Below, piece after piece: positions 56,401 through 63,499 of a stretch of DNA of 64,000 nucleotides. The stretch is from Chryseobacterium indologenes. GTDB taxonomy: Bacteria; Bacteroidota; Bacteroidia; Flavobacteriales; Weeksellaceae. Both the position numbers and the translations under genes were made by a program. The first letter of the stretch is position 1; every line of letters begins with the position of its first letter. Location: assembly GCA_002439165.1 (NCBI GenBank), contig DJTE01000011.1, positions 87,297 through 151,296 of the forward strand. Reading direction: 5' to 3'. The notes below the pieces were generated by a model. That model saw nothing but the letters and a program-made list of their open reading frames with translations, did not search any database and was not told where the DNA came from.

Positions 56401-58492
56401 TGGCGATGCCAATACTGCCGTTTCCCACTTTGTACAGGAGTTCAGGGCGATATACGGAGCAGAAAGGTTTGCACAGATACTGAAAGGGCTGGGTAAATCC
56501 GGATTGTATGCCAACTACATATACAGTTATGGCAATGAAAGCATGACCAGGCAAAAGTTATTTTCTTACCTGCTTTCCCAGTGCTATCCTCTGGAAACGG
56601 ATACCCAGAAATCTTTCAACGAAATAATGAAAAAGGAAAAGATCACAGAACTCCGCCTGATACAGGCAGCTGTGTATGCTCCGCAGTGGCAGAAATTCAT
56701 CAGCAGCTATTTGGGCTGGAAAGGGTTGGATTCTGCGATCTGGTGGATGCACGCCCATACCAAAACCGGGGCCTATCAGGAACAGAATTCGGAACTGGAA
56801 AGTGAGGCGGCTAAATATTCATCGGTAGATATTCAGGAGTTTAAAGACGGAGCTGTGGATAAAGAATGGTTTACCAAAGCTTATAAAGAGCTGGGGAAAG
56901 CCCGCTGGGAAATGCTTTACGAATCGGCCAAATATATTTCAGACGGTAACGGGCACCGCCGTGCAAGACTGTATTCAGATACCCTTACCGGAAGCTTAAA
57001 GATCAAAGAGGTAACGGCAAAGGTCAAAGATAAAAGAGATCAGGATTTTCTCCGGGTATACGGCCTTGTTCCGCTAAGCAAAACCAATCCGGAGAAAGAT
57101 GTACTGAGCCGGTACGAATACATACAGCAGTTTAAAAAGGAAAGCCGTGAATTTGGCTCTATGAAACAGGCCAGTGAAGCTTTGGCGGTAAGAGTTGCCT
57201 TAGAAAACCTGGCAAGAAATGCTGGCTATCCTGATCCGATCCGTCTGACCTGGGCTATGGAAACCAGACAGATTCAGAATCTGCTGTCAAAAGAAACCCA
57301 GGTAACCGTAGATGGCGTAACCGTAGGTTTAATCATTGAAACAGACGGAAAAGCTGAACTTGTGGTATTCAGAGATGATAAACAGCTGAAATCTATTCCT
57401 CCGAAAATTAAAAAGGATAAGGCAGTGATAGAATTGGGGAACTACCGTAAAATCATGCGTGAGCAGTGGACCCGTTCCAGGAAAGGACTGGAAGAAGCCA
57501 TGATCAGGGGGGATGAATTCCTTTTTGCTGAAATTCAGAACCTGTTTGAACATCCCATTATTGTAAAACACCTGGAAAAGCTGGTATTTATTTCCAATGA
57601 CGGTAAAATCGGATTTTTTCATGATGGAAACCTGGTGAGTTCTCATGGTGAAATTCAGGAACTGAACAGAGAAAATACACTGCGTATTGCCCATTGTGTA
57701 GATCTGCATCAGAATTCTGTATGGAGCGATTATCAGCATTACTGTTTTGCAGAAAAGCTGATCCAGCCGTTCAAACAGATCTTCAGGGAATTGTATGTGC
57801 CGACACCGGATGAACTGCAGGAGAAATCAGTATCACGCCGTTATGCCGGGCATCAGATCCAGCCGAAGCAGACTTTAGCTCTTCTGAAAACAAGAGGCTG
57901 GAAAGTAGATCATGAAGAAGGGCTGCAGAAGGTTTATCACAAAGAAGGCTTCCAGGTGAAACTTTATGCGATGGCAGACTGGTTCTCGCCGGCAGATATA
58001 GAAAGTCCTACGCTGGAAACCATAGAATTCCATTCGCTGAAAACGTATAAGAATATTCCTTTTGAAGAAATCAATCCGAGGCTGTTCTCGGAAGTCATGC
58101 GTGATGTGGATCTGGTGGTTTCAGTAGCGCATGTAGGAGGGGTAGATCCTGAAGCCAGCCATTCATCCGTTGAAATGAGAGCTGTGCTGATGAAAGAAAC
58201 AGCCCGCCTGTTTAAACTGGATAATATAAAAATAGAAGGTTCACATGTATTGGTGAAAGGCCAGATGGCGGAATACAGTGTGCATTTAGGAAGTGCTGTT
58301 GTTCATCAGACTCCGGGGAGGTATTTATCAATTCTTCCGGTACATTCCCAGCACAGGGGAAGATTATTCCTGCCTTTTGCTGATGATGATCCGAAATCTG
58401 CGGAAGTCCTGTCTAAGGTGTTACTGCTGGCTAAAGACAATGAAATACAGGACCCTACCATACTTTCCCAGATTAAGAGGGAGTTTGTGTAA
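53450..58492 (+). CDS. 1,680-aa cytoplasmic protein: helical-repeat (HEAT/ARM-like) N-terminal ~1,100 aa + DUF4132 (MolR/YehI-like) C-terminal region
   Basis: Uninterrupted 5-kb ORF with no signal peptide, TM segment or Walker A. The C-terminal signatures HPIIVKHLEKLVF..., LIQPFKQIFRELY and LFSEVMRDVDLVVSVAHVGG match my recollection of the DUF4132 family. This is not verified by a search. Confidence 0.6.
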   Translation: MEITEKLKSKALVSNYYEKVKKDLTALAEGNISARVFQDKPVLKKEVAETALLLKGKANHYQQLTLGSKEAEKLKDYIKPDIWDDKDYYELLVYYFGPYADLIKYAWNKMAYKMYQAGYYRRSFRAPHNERYLLLNQVNLLRELVNFPVIYNYSSGNQYFDLSLEEQIIYDHAIANNSSQFYVWSAAIDTGNTAVYKLIEDIIFNKHTEGKVSRNIIKALLNSEQKHCWELVEKLLLAAQRQEGLRQTILEALDETSIGALQYMVHVILEHKLTRFSSVVRAIDTWTGLGWDAEKESVVKNIVSLADTYFSNPEQIPAAIKSKNNNEVYMALWAQAVWDVEKTVPYLHQLFDKGNTEKKCLAVKFAVETGDPYIQMPLFYKAIQEDDLQVLAFVGPSLSLLLSVNTDSKFYINNADYPDFFEKLHALTQKIDIKEKKFEGKIFSWLNATFNKNNFYSSMFYLVGEDESKLDLVLSYFDQFELSLREQLTRVLLGDFYCYSFSYGIGKKKKAVTPFQKEFAFRIIKDRGESLIASGINVLLQNSLNKEEVMTFFDMFKRKGGTLRKKLIELVIQQEDETVVPFVDELMTKGDVEQRTASLDLMLQLQKNRRVSARITEWTKIYSERPKISEREQNLLEQLNPSGNQQQLSPENGFGFYDPKVISAFGLPEVKADSVYAKAVKKEKYGFTQPLSRIKAELKKLNDLYLKHKDYEYEFENWDGAMQKLLLGNSFVQIKRNTEGFTGAQLTENYPLHEVWEQWYKDSGLEPRDLFLMTFAESCDHKKFRDFLDNYVFYCRDVLPNPKKGGYFWDNPIKYILDSLQHKFVFEEKTDFLLDICSTLFANLPEEIINHKAKQNDYYYRYDGNGWQQTGFFNLFLDAVPFRKITDEQLIKLWNLYRWMQFNGLPENVKHTVPDFYLFCKAYELKVITKDELYEGIFTGDSVIRNLTTVKFYQNSEKLLEIFPFLKPVITEIQNKFLDVELIRGDANTAVSHFVQEFRAIYGAERFAQILKGLGKSGLYANYIYSYGNESMTRQKLFSYLLSQCYPLETDTQKSFNEIMKKEKITELRLIQAAVYAPQWQKFISSYLGWKGLDSAIWWMHAHTKTGAYQEQNSELESEAAKYSSVDIQEFKDGAVDKEWFTKAYKELGKARWEMLYESAKYISDGNGHRRARLYSDTLTGSLKIKEVTAKVKDKRDQDFLRVYGLVPLSKTNPEKDVLSRYEYIQQFKKESREFGSMKQASEALAVRVALENLARNAGYPDPIRLTWAMETRQIQNLLSKETQVTVDGVTVGLIIETDGKAELVVFRDDKQLKSIPPKIKKDKAVIELGNYRKIMREQWTRSRKGLEEAMIRGDEFLFAEIQNLFEHPIIVKHLEKLVFISNDGKIGFFHDGNLVSSHGEIQELNRENTLRIAHCVDLHQNSVWSDYQHYCFAEKLIQPFKQIFRELYVPTPDELQEKSVSRRYAGHQIQPKQTLALLKTRGWKVDHEEGLQKVYHKEGFQVKLYAMADWFSPADIESPTLETIEFHSLKTYKNIPFEEINPRLFSEVMRDVDLVVSVAHVGGVDPEASHSSVEMRAVLMKETARLFKLDNIKIEGSHVLVKGQMAEYSVHLGSAVVHQTPGRYLSILPVHSQHRGRLFLPFADDDPKSAEVLSKVLLLAKDNEIQDPTILSQIKREFV

Positions 58493-58520
58493 AATATAAA
58501 CGTTAGGATTTTATAAAACT

Positions 58521-58551
58521 AAAAAGGTACACTTTCAGCGGTGTACCTTTT
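58521..58551 (+). repeat. hairpin element copy 4 (variant AAAAGGTACAC-loop-GTGTACCTTTT); terminator of the giant gene
   Basis: 11-bp stem with a compensated A-to-G / T-to-C change relative to copies 1-3, followed by a T-run. Confidence 0.75.
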
Positions 58552-58680
58552 GTTATAATACCTGAGTGAAGCTGGGAACCGGACGAAAAAAAATATAAAG
58601 ATCATCAATACGATAAGAGTTGATCTTTTTTTACTCATTTTATGATATTAAAATTTATAGGGAGCATCAGTACCTATGGC

Positions 58681-58725
58681 TAAAAGTAACTTCCAGCCTC
58701 CTTCTTCCATCTCCCGGACTTTTAT
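58681..58725 (+). repeat. left copy of an imperfect direct repeat bracketing the SPFH/zinc-ribbon module
   Basis: TAAAAGTAACTTCCAGCCTCCTTCTTCCATCTCCCGGACTTTTA. Hand alignment to 61187..61229 gives 34 matches over 45 columns. Confidence 0.6.
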
Positions 58726-58793
58726 ACCCGGCTCCCCTGGTTAAACTCAGTTTTTTTAATATTCTAAAAGACAGGCATCATTAAATAAGTTGT

Positions 58794-58801
58794 TATATTT
58801 G
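58794..58801 (+). promoter_or_regulatory. -7 box TATATTTG upstream of the SPFH gene
   Basis: Exact TAnnTTTG match ending 34 nt upstream of ATG 58836. No well-spaced -33 TTG was seen. Confidence 0.35.
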
Positions 58802-58835
58802 TTTCCGGAAACTTTAACTATTAAAACATCAGAAA

Positions 58836-59822
58836 ATGGGCATATTCGATTTTATAAGAAATGAACTTATAGAGGTTATTGAATGGGTAGACAACACTAC
58901 CGATACGGTATTATGGAAATTCCAGGATGAAGGTAATAATATAAAGAACGGTGCAAAACTTACCGTACGTGAAAGCCAGGCTGCCGTTCTGATGAATGAA
59001 GGTGAATTTGGAGATGTCTACACTCCGGGACTTCATACGCTTACCACGAATAATATGCCGGTGATCACTACTTTGGAATCCTGGAAATATGGTTTTAATT
59101 CTCCGTTTAAAGTAGATGTTTATTTCATCAGTACCAAACAGTTTACCAATCTAAAGTGGGGAACTTCATCTCCGGTTATTATGAGAGATGCCGAACTGGG
59201 GCAGATCCGTTTAAAATCGTTCGGGAATTTTGCGATAAAAATAGATGATCCTAAGAAGTTTATTACCGCATTTTCAGGAACCAATCCTTATGTAAAAGCA
59301 GACCAGGTTGAGGAAACTCTCCGAAATATTATAGCGAGCAAAATGGCGGAAGGTTTTGCCGAAGCGAATGTTACCGTTCTGGATTTAACCGCTCAGTTTT
59401 CTGAGCTGAGCGAAAAGTTAATGCCTGTTTTCCGGAATGAGTTCGATGCTTACGGAATAAGCCTTGAAAAGTTTTTTATAGAGAGTGTTTCTCTTCCTGA
59501 TGAGGTAGAAAAAATGCTCGATAAGAAAACCCAGCTGAACGTACTGAAAGGCAGTCTTGATGATTTTAATAAAATGCAGGCGGGAATTTCTATGGAGAAT
59601 ATGTCTGAAAACAGTGCGGCCGGGAATGTAATGGGAATGGGGGCAGGAATGCTGATGACCCATGTGCTGAACCAGTCCGCTCAAAGTACTCCCGATACCT
59701 CTTCGAAAAATAAAACTGAGCTGATGGATATCCTGAAGCAGTTAAACGATTTAAAAACACAGGGCATTATCACAGAAGAAGAGTTTACCCAAAAAAAGCA
59801 GGAAATACTGAAACAATTATAG
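58836..59822 (+). CDS. SPFH/band-7 superfamily protein of the YdjI (COG4260, 'virion core protein-like') type with a C-terminal SHOCT domain
   Basis: N-terminus MGIFDFIRNELIEVIEWVDNT...LWKF...IKNGAKLTVRESQAAVLMNEG...YGFNSPFKVDVYFISTKQFT resembles YdjI-family proteins (from memory). The C-terminus ELMDILKQLNDLKTQGIITEEEFTQKKQEILKQL is a SHOCT-type motif. Confidence 0.65.
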   Translation: MGIFDFIRNELIEVIEWVDNTTDTVLWKFQDEGNNIKNGAKLTVRESQAAVLMNEGEFGDVYTPGLHTLTTNNMPVITTLESWKYGFNSPFKVDVYFISTKQFTNLKWGTSSPVIMRDAELGQIRLKSFGNFAIKIDDPKKFITAFSGTNPYVKADQVEETLRNIIASKMAEGFAEANVTVLDLTAQFSELSEKLMPVFRNEFDAYGISLEKFFIESVSLPDEVEKMLDKKTQLNVLKGSLDDFNKMQAGISMENMSENSAAGNVMGMGAGMLMTHVLNQSAQSTPDTSSKNKTELMDILKQLNDLKTQGIITEEEFTQKKQEILKQL

Positions 59823-59828
59823 ACTTCT

Positions 59829-60905
59829 ATGGCAAATATAGTGGAGTATCCGTGTCCTAACTGTAATTCGGAGCTCAATTTTGATTCAGAAAGCCAGAGT
59901 CTTAAATGTTTACACTGCAGCACACTTATTCCTATTGCAGAAAGTAATGAGTTGATTACTGAGCAGCGGATCAATGCATTTTTAGATGCTTCAAAACTGC
60001 CGGTTGTTGAGCTGAAAGAATTTAGTTTCCGTTGCTCAAAATGCGGAAAAGACAATATATGTACGGAGAATATCGCTTTCTTCGAGTGCCGGCACTGCAA
60101 AAATAATATCATTAATACAGACGGGTATCGGTCAAAGCCTATCACTCCGAAATCTATTCTTCCTTTTGAGATTTCCAGGGAAGAAGCATCGGGTATTTTT
60201 CAGGGCTGGATCGGCAAAGGATTCTGGAATGATTCTGCCCTGAAGAAACAGGCTCTTAACGATAAAATGGACGGATGCTATGTGCCCTTCTGGACTCTGG
60301 ATTCTCATACGGAAAGTGCTTGGTCCGGAGAAGCCGGAATTTATTATTATGTAGATATAAAGTATAAAGACCATAACGGACACGAAAAGGTAAAACGGGA
60401 GAGGAGAACACGATGGCATTACAAGTCGGGAAATACGGTTCAGTTTTTTAATGATATGCTTCTGTCGGGATCAAAGGAATTTGAACAGAAAACTATGGAG
60501 GAAATTTACCCTTATGACTTAAATAAGCTTAAACCTTTTAATGCTCAATATTTATTGGGATGGAGTGCCAAAGCTTATGATGGTGATCTGACCCAGTCCT
60601 ATAATTATTTTCATCAGTATATAGATGGTAAGATCCGGGAAATATGTATCAGCCTTTTAAAGGAGGATACTTACAGAGGATTATCGGTGCAAACCCGCTA
60701 TTATAATGAGACATTTAAACATATGGTTCTGCCGGTATGGCGATGTCATTATCTGTTTAAAGGGAAATCATACTTTTATATGATTAATGGGCAGACCGGT
60801 AAAATTTATGGGAAAAAGCCGCTTTCTGCATTCAAAATAGTTTTTACGGTCATGATGATTCTTGCGATTATTGCTGGACTGATTATCATTGGGCGGCAGA
60901 AATAA
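59829..60905 (+). CDS. double zinc-ribbon protein with a C-terminal TM anchor (YdjG-like)
   Basis: CPNC...CLHC and CSKC...CRHC pairs (two zinc ribbons), then a ~200-aa globular region and the terminal TM helix FKIVFTVMMILAIIAGLIIIG. It starts 6 nt after the SPFH gene stop. Confidence 0.65.
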   Translation: MANIVEYPCPNCNSELNFDSESQSLKCLHCSTLIPIAESNELITEQRINAFLDASKLPVVELKEFSFRCSKCGKDNICTENIAFFECRHCKNNIINTDGYRSKPITPKSILPFEISREEASGIFQGWIGKGFWNDSALKKQALNDKMDGCYVPFWTLDSHTESAWSGEAGIYYYVDIKYKDHNGHEKVKRERRTRWHYKSGNTVQFFNDMLLSGSKEFEQKTMEEIYPYDLNKLKPFNAQYLLGWSAKAYDGDLTQSYNYFHQYIDGKIREICISLLKEDTYRGLSVQTRYYNETFKHMVLPVWRCHYLFKGKSYFYMINGQTGKIYGKKPLSAFKIVFTVMMILAIIAGLIIIGRQK

Positions 60906-61186
60906 AACCTGATGGCCGGTATTGTTTTCTGGTGTTGTTTTATATTAATCGGATTGTATCCGATTGTGTGCTAAATCGTCCCTTCGGGACTTCCTCATAA
61001 TAATTTTTTACCGGTTGATCTTTCAAATTTTGAATTCATTGATGGCAAAAGGTTTTCGTTTTAAATGGATGATGTTTTCCGGGTGGGTTTTGGAAATGCT
61101 GCTGCTCAGGAAATAGGGAAGAGGGAAATTATGAAAGCCCTGAAGAGCAATTAGTTCCCTGAATAGACACTGTACGTAATTATAGT

Positions 61187-61229
61187 TAAAAGTAGTTTCC
61201 AGCTTCTTTCTTCCGGTTTCCGGCTTTCA
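61187..61229 (+). repeat. right copy of the imperfect direct repeat bracketing the SPFH/zinc-ribbon module
   Basis: TAAAAGTAGTTTCCAGCTTCTTTCTTCCGGTTTCCGGCTTTCA; see 58681..58725. Confidence 0.6.
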
Positions 61230-61258
61230 AATATTTTATGCTGTTCGTTTTCAGACAT

Positions 61259-61284
61259 AAAAAAAGCACCTTTTCCAGATGCTT
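61259..61284 (-). terminator. rho-independent terminator after the DUF3276 gene
   Basis: The minus-strand RNA AAGCAUC-UGGAAAA-GGUGCUU forms a 7-bp stem with one G-U pair, followed by U7. Confidence 0.55.
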
Positions 61285-61306
61285 GTGTTTTTAGATATTC
61301 TTTTTT

Positions 61307-61642
61307 TTAAACCTCGTCGTCAGAATCTATTGTGAATGATCTGCTTTTGAAGTCTTTGTCATGTTTTTCTGAAATTACATCCTCACCCTTCTCGTTAATG
61401 ATGAAATCTGTGGACTCATTAAACATCTCCTGAAAACTTTTAAAATCTTCTTTGTAAAGATAAATTTTGTGCTTCTCGAATGTAGCTTCCCCATTCTCTC
61501 CGAAGTTCTTTTTACTTTCGGTAATCGTAAGATAATAATCTCCTGCTTTCGTCTCGCGCACATCAAAGAAATAAGTTCTTCTCCCTGCTTTTAACACCTT
61601 AGTGAAAATTTCATTTTCATGGCGTTCCTTGTATTCACTCAT
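61307..61642 (-). CDS. DUF3276 / PUR-alpha-like nucleic-acid-binding protein
   Basis: IFTKVLKAGRRTYFFDVRETKAGDYYLTITESKK...FEKHKIYLYKEDF is the conserved Bacteroidota PUR-like repeat protein (from memory). Confidence 0.7.
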   Translation of the reverse strand: MSEYKERHENEIFTKVLKAGRRTYFFDVRETKAGDYYLTITESKKNFGENGEATFEKHKIYLYKEDFKSFQEMFNESTDFIINEKGEDVISEKHDKDFKSRSFTIDSDDEV

Positions 61643-61741
61643 TGTTAGATATTTTTTAATCTTGTTAAGAACAAATATAAAAGAATTCTTTTAATCACAA
61701 AATTTTTTTTATGATTTATTTAACAATTGGGAACGAAACGG

Positions 61742-63409
61742 CTATGCGGTTACAGAATTGGCAATTTCGGTAAGGTTGAGAATTTTGTCTGCTTTTTGAG
61801 CGCTAGACTCTCTGTGTGTGATGATTATGGAAGTGGCGTTTCGGATTTTTCTGTCGATATTTTCAAGAATGTTCTGCTCGGTTTCCGTATCCAAAGCAGA
61901 TAAAGAATCGTCGAAAATAATAATATTCGGGTCTTTAATCAGGGCTCTGGCGATGCAGATTCTCTGTTTCTGACCTCCCGAAAGCATCACTCCGCGTTCA
62001 CCTACAAGTGTTTTATACTGCTCTTTAAATTCAGCAATATTTTTATCAACGTCAGCAATTTTTGCATATTCCACTACTTTCTCATGAGAAGTATGATCGA
62101 TGGCAAAACCGATGTTGTTTTCAATGGAATCTGAGAACAGATAGCTTTCCTGTGGAATGTAGCCGATAAACTTCCGGTAGTTATAAAGGTTATGCTCTTT
62201 CAGGTTTTTTCCGTCAATCAGAATTTCACCCTCGGTAGGATCAATTAACCGGCACAGAAGAAGAGCAATGGTGGATTTTCCGCTTCCGGTTTTACCCATA
62301 ATAGCCAGTGATTCACCTGCTTTGATCTTAAAGCTTAAGTTTTCAAGAGCTTTGATTCCGGTATTGGGATAAACATACGTTACATTTCTGAATTCAATAT
62401 CCCCTCTGATCGGATAGTTCTCAAAGTTGGTATTCACAATCTCTGATTTTTTATCCATAAATTCATTGATTCTCTGCATAGAGGCTTCCGCCCGCTGATT
62501 GACTGAAGTTACCCAGCCTACCAGAGAGAAGGGCCAGATCAGGATGTTGATGTACATAAAGAAGTCTGCGATCTTACCTACACTCAGTTCTCCTGCAATA
62601 TATTTTTGCCCGCCAACCCAGATCACGGAAACATTCAAAAGTCCGATGACAAATAAAATAATGGTAAAGAAATAGGCTTCTGTTTTTGCCAGGTCCAGAG
62701 CTTTGTCCTGGTAATCGGTTACTTTAATGCCATAGTTTTTCTCGATGTACTTTTCTTTGGCAAAAAACTTCACCACACGGATTCCCGAAAAGCTGTCCTG
62801 TACAAATGTGGATATCGCAGACTGGCTTTTCTGCATGATCTTCGATTTCTTATTGATAATCGAACTTACCTTAAATATAAGATAAGAAAGTACGGGAAGG
62901 GGCAGGAGAGTCCATAAAGTCATTGAAGCATCTGTGCTTACCATATATATAGCCGTAATCACGACAAGAACGATAAGGTTAACAACATACATGACACCCG
63001 GTCCCAGATACATCCTTACGGCAACAACATCTTCACTGAGCCTGTTCATCAGATCTCCGATGGTCGTCTGCTTATAATCCGTTAAAGAAAGATCCTGGTA
63101 ATGTCTGTATATTTTATTTTTCAGTTCGTATTCAATTCTTCTGGAAGCTACAATAATAGTCTGTCTCATCATGAAGGTAAAAAAACCTGTGAGAAGAGAG
63201 CTGACAACAATGATCGCCACATAGATCAGTACCTGTTTATTGAAGCCCAGACTTCCGTTTTTCATATCTGCAAGCTGGTCCACAGATTTTCCGATAAACT
63301 GAACTTTATAAATATTGAAAAAATTACTGGCAATGATAAATAAGAATCCCCAAAACAAAAGTATTTTGTGTTTCCAAAAATAAGGGTTTAAGGTTTTTAG
63401 CGCTTTCAT
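61742..63409 (-). CDS. ABC exporter, fused permease/ATPase (MsbA-like)
   Basis: Six-TM ABC_membrane domain, Walker A GKTGSGKST, signature LSGGQKQR, Walker B IIIFDDSLSALD. Confidence 0.9.
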   Translation of the reverse strand: MKALKTLNPYFWKHKILLFWGFLFIIASNFFNIYKVQFIGKSVDQLADMKNGSLGFNKQVLIYVAIIVVSSLLTGFFTFMMRQTIIVASRRIEYELKNKIYRHYQDLSLTDYKQTTIGDLMNRLSEDVVAVRMYLGPGVMYVVNLIVLVVITAIYMVSTDASMTLWTLLPLPVLSYLIFKVSSIINKKSKIMQKSQSAISTFVQDSFSGIRVVKFFAKEKYIEKNYGIKVTDYQDKALDLAKTEAYFFTIILFVIGLLNVSVIWVGGQKYIAGELSVGKIADFFMYINILIWPFSLVGWVTSVNQRAEASMQRINEFMDKKSEIVNTNFENYPIRGDIEFRNVTYVYPNTGIKALENLSFKIKAGESLAIMGKTGSGKSTIALLLCRLIDPTEGEILIDGKNLKEHNLYNYRKFIGYIPQESYLFSDSIENNIGFAIDHTSHEKVVEYAKIADVDKNIAEFKEQYKTLVGERGVMLSGGQKQRICIARALIKDPNIIIFDDSLSALDTETEQNILENIDRKIRNATSIIITHRESSAQKADKILNLTEIANSVTA

Positions 63410-63499
63410 AAACTTTTACAAAATTACGAAAATGTGACCATATTACGAATTTCATCAATTTTAAATTTTGTATCTTTGCAGCCATAAAAAGCTCTTTGA

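Noticed and set aside
56476-56502. A possible P-loop in the giant protein (..ILKGLGKSGLY..).
   Set aside because: It does not fit Walker A (GxxxxGK[ST]), because the glycine spacing is wrong. No Walker B-like hhhhD(E/D) partner could be assigned.
60906-61186. A possible gene remnant or small RNA between the zinc-ribbon gene and the right direct-repeat copy. Mini-hairpins AATCGGA/TCCGATT and GTCCC/GGGAC lie at about 60950-61000.
   Set aside because: No reading frame stays open for more than about 40 codons, and none has recognisable similarity. The hairpins lack U-tracts. I keep this only as context for the repeat findings.
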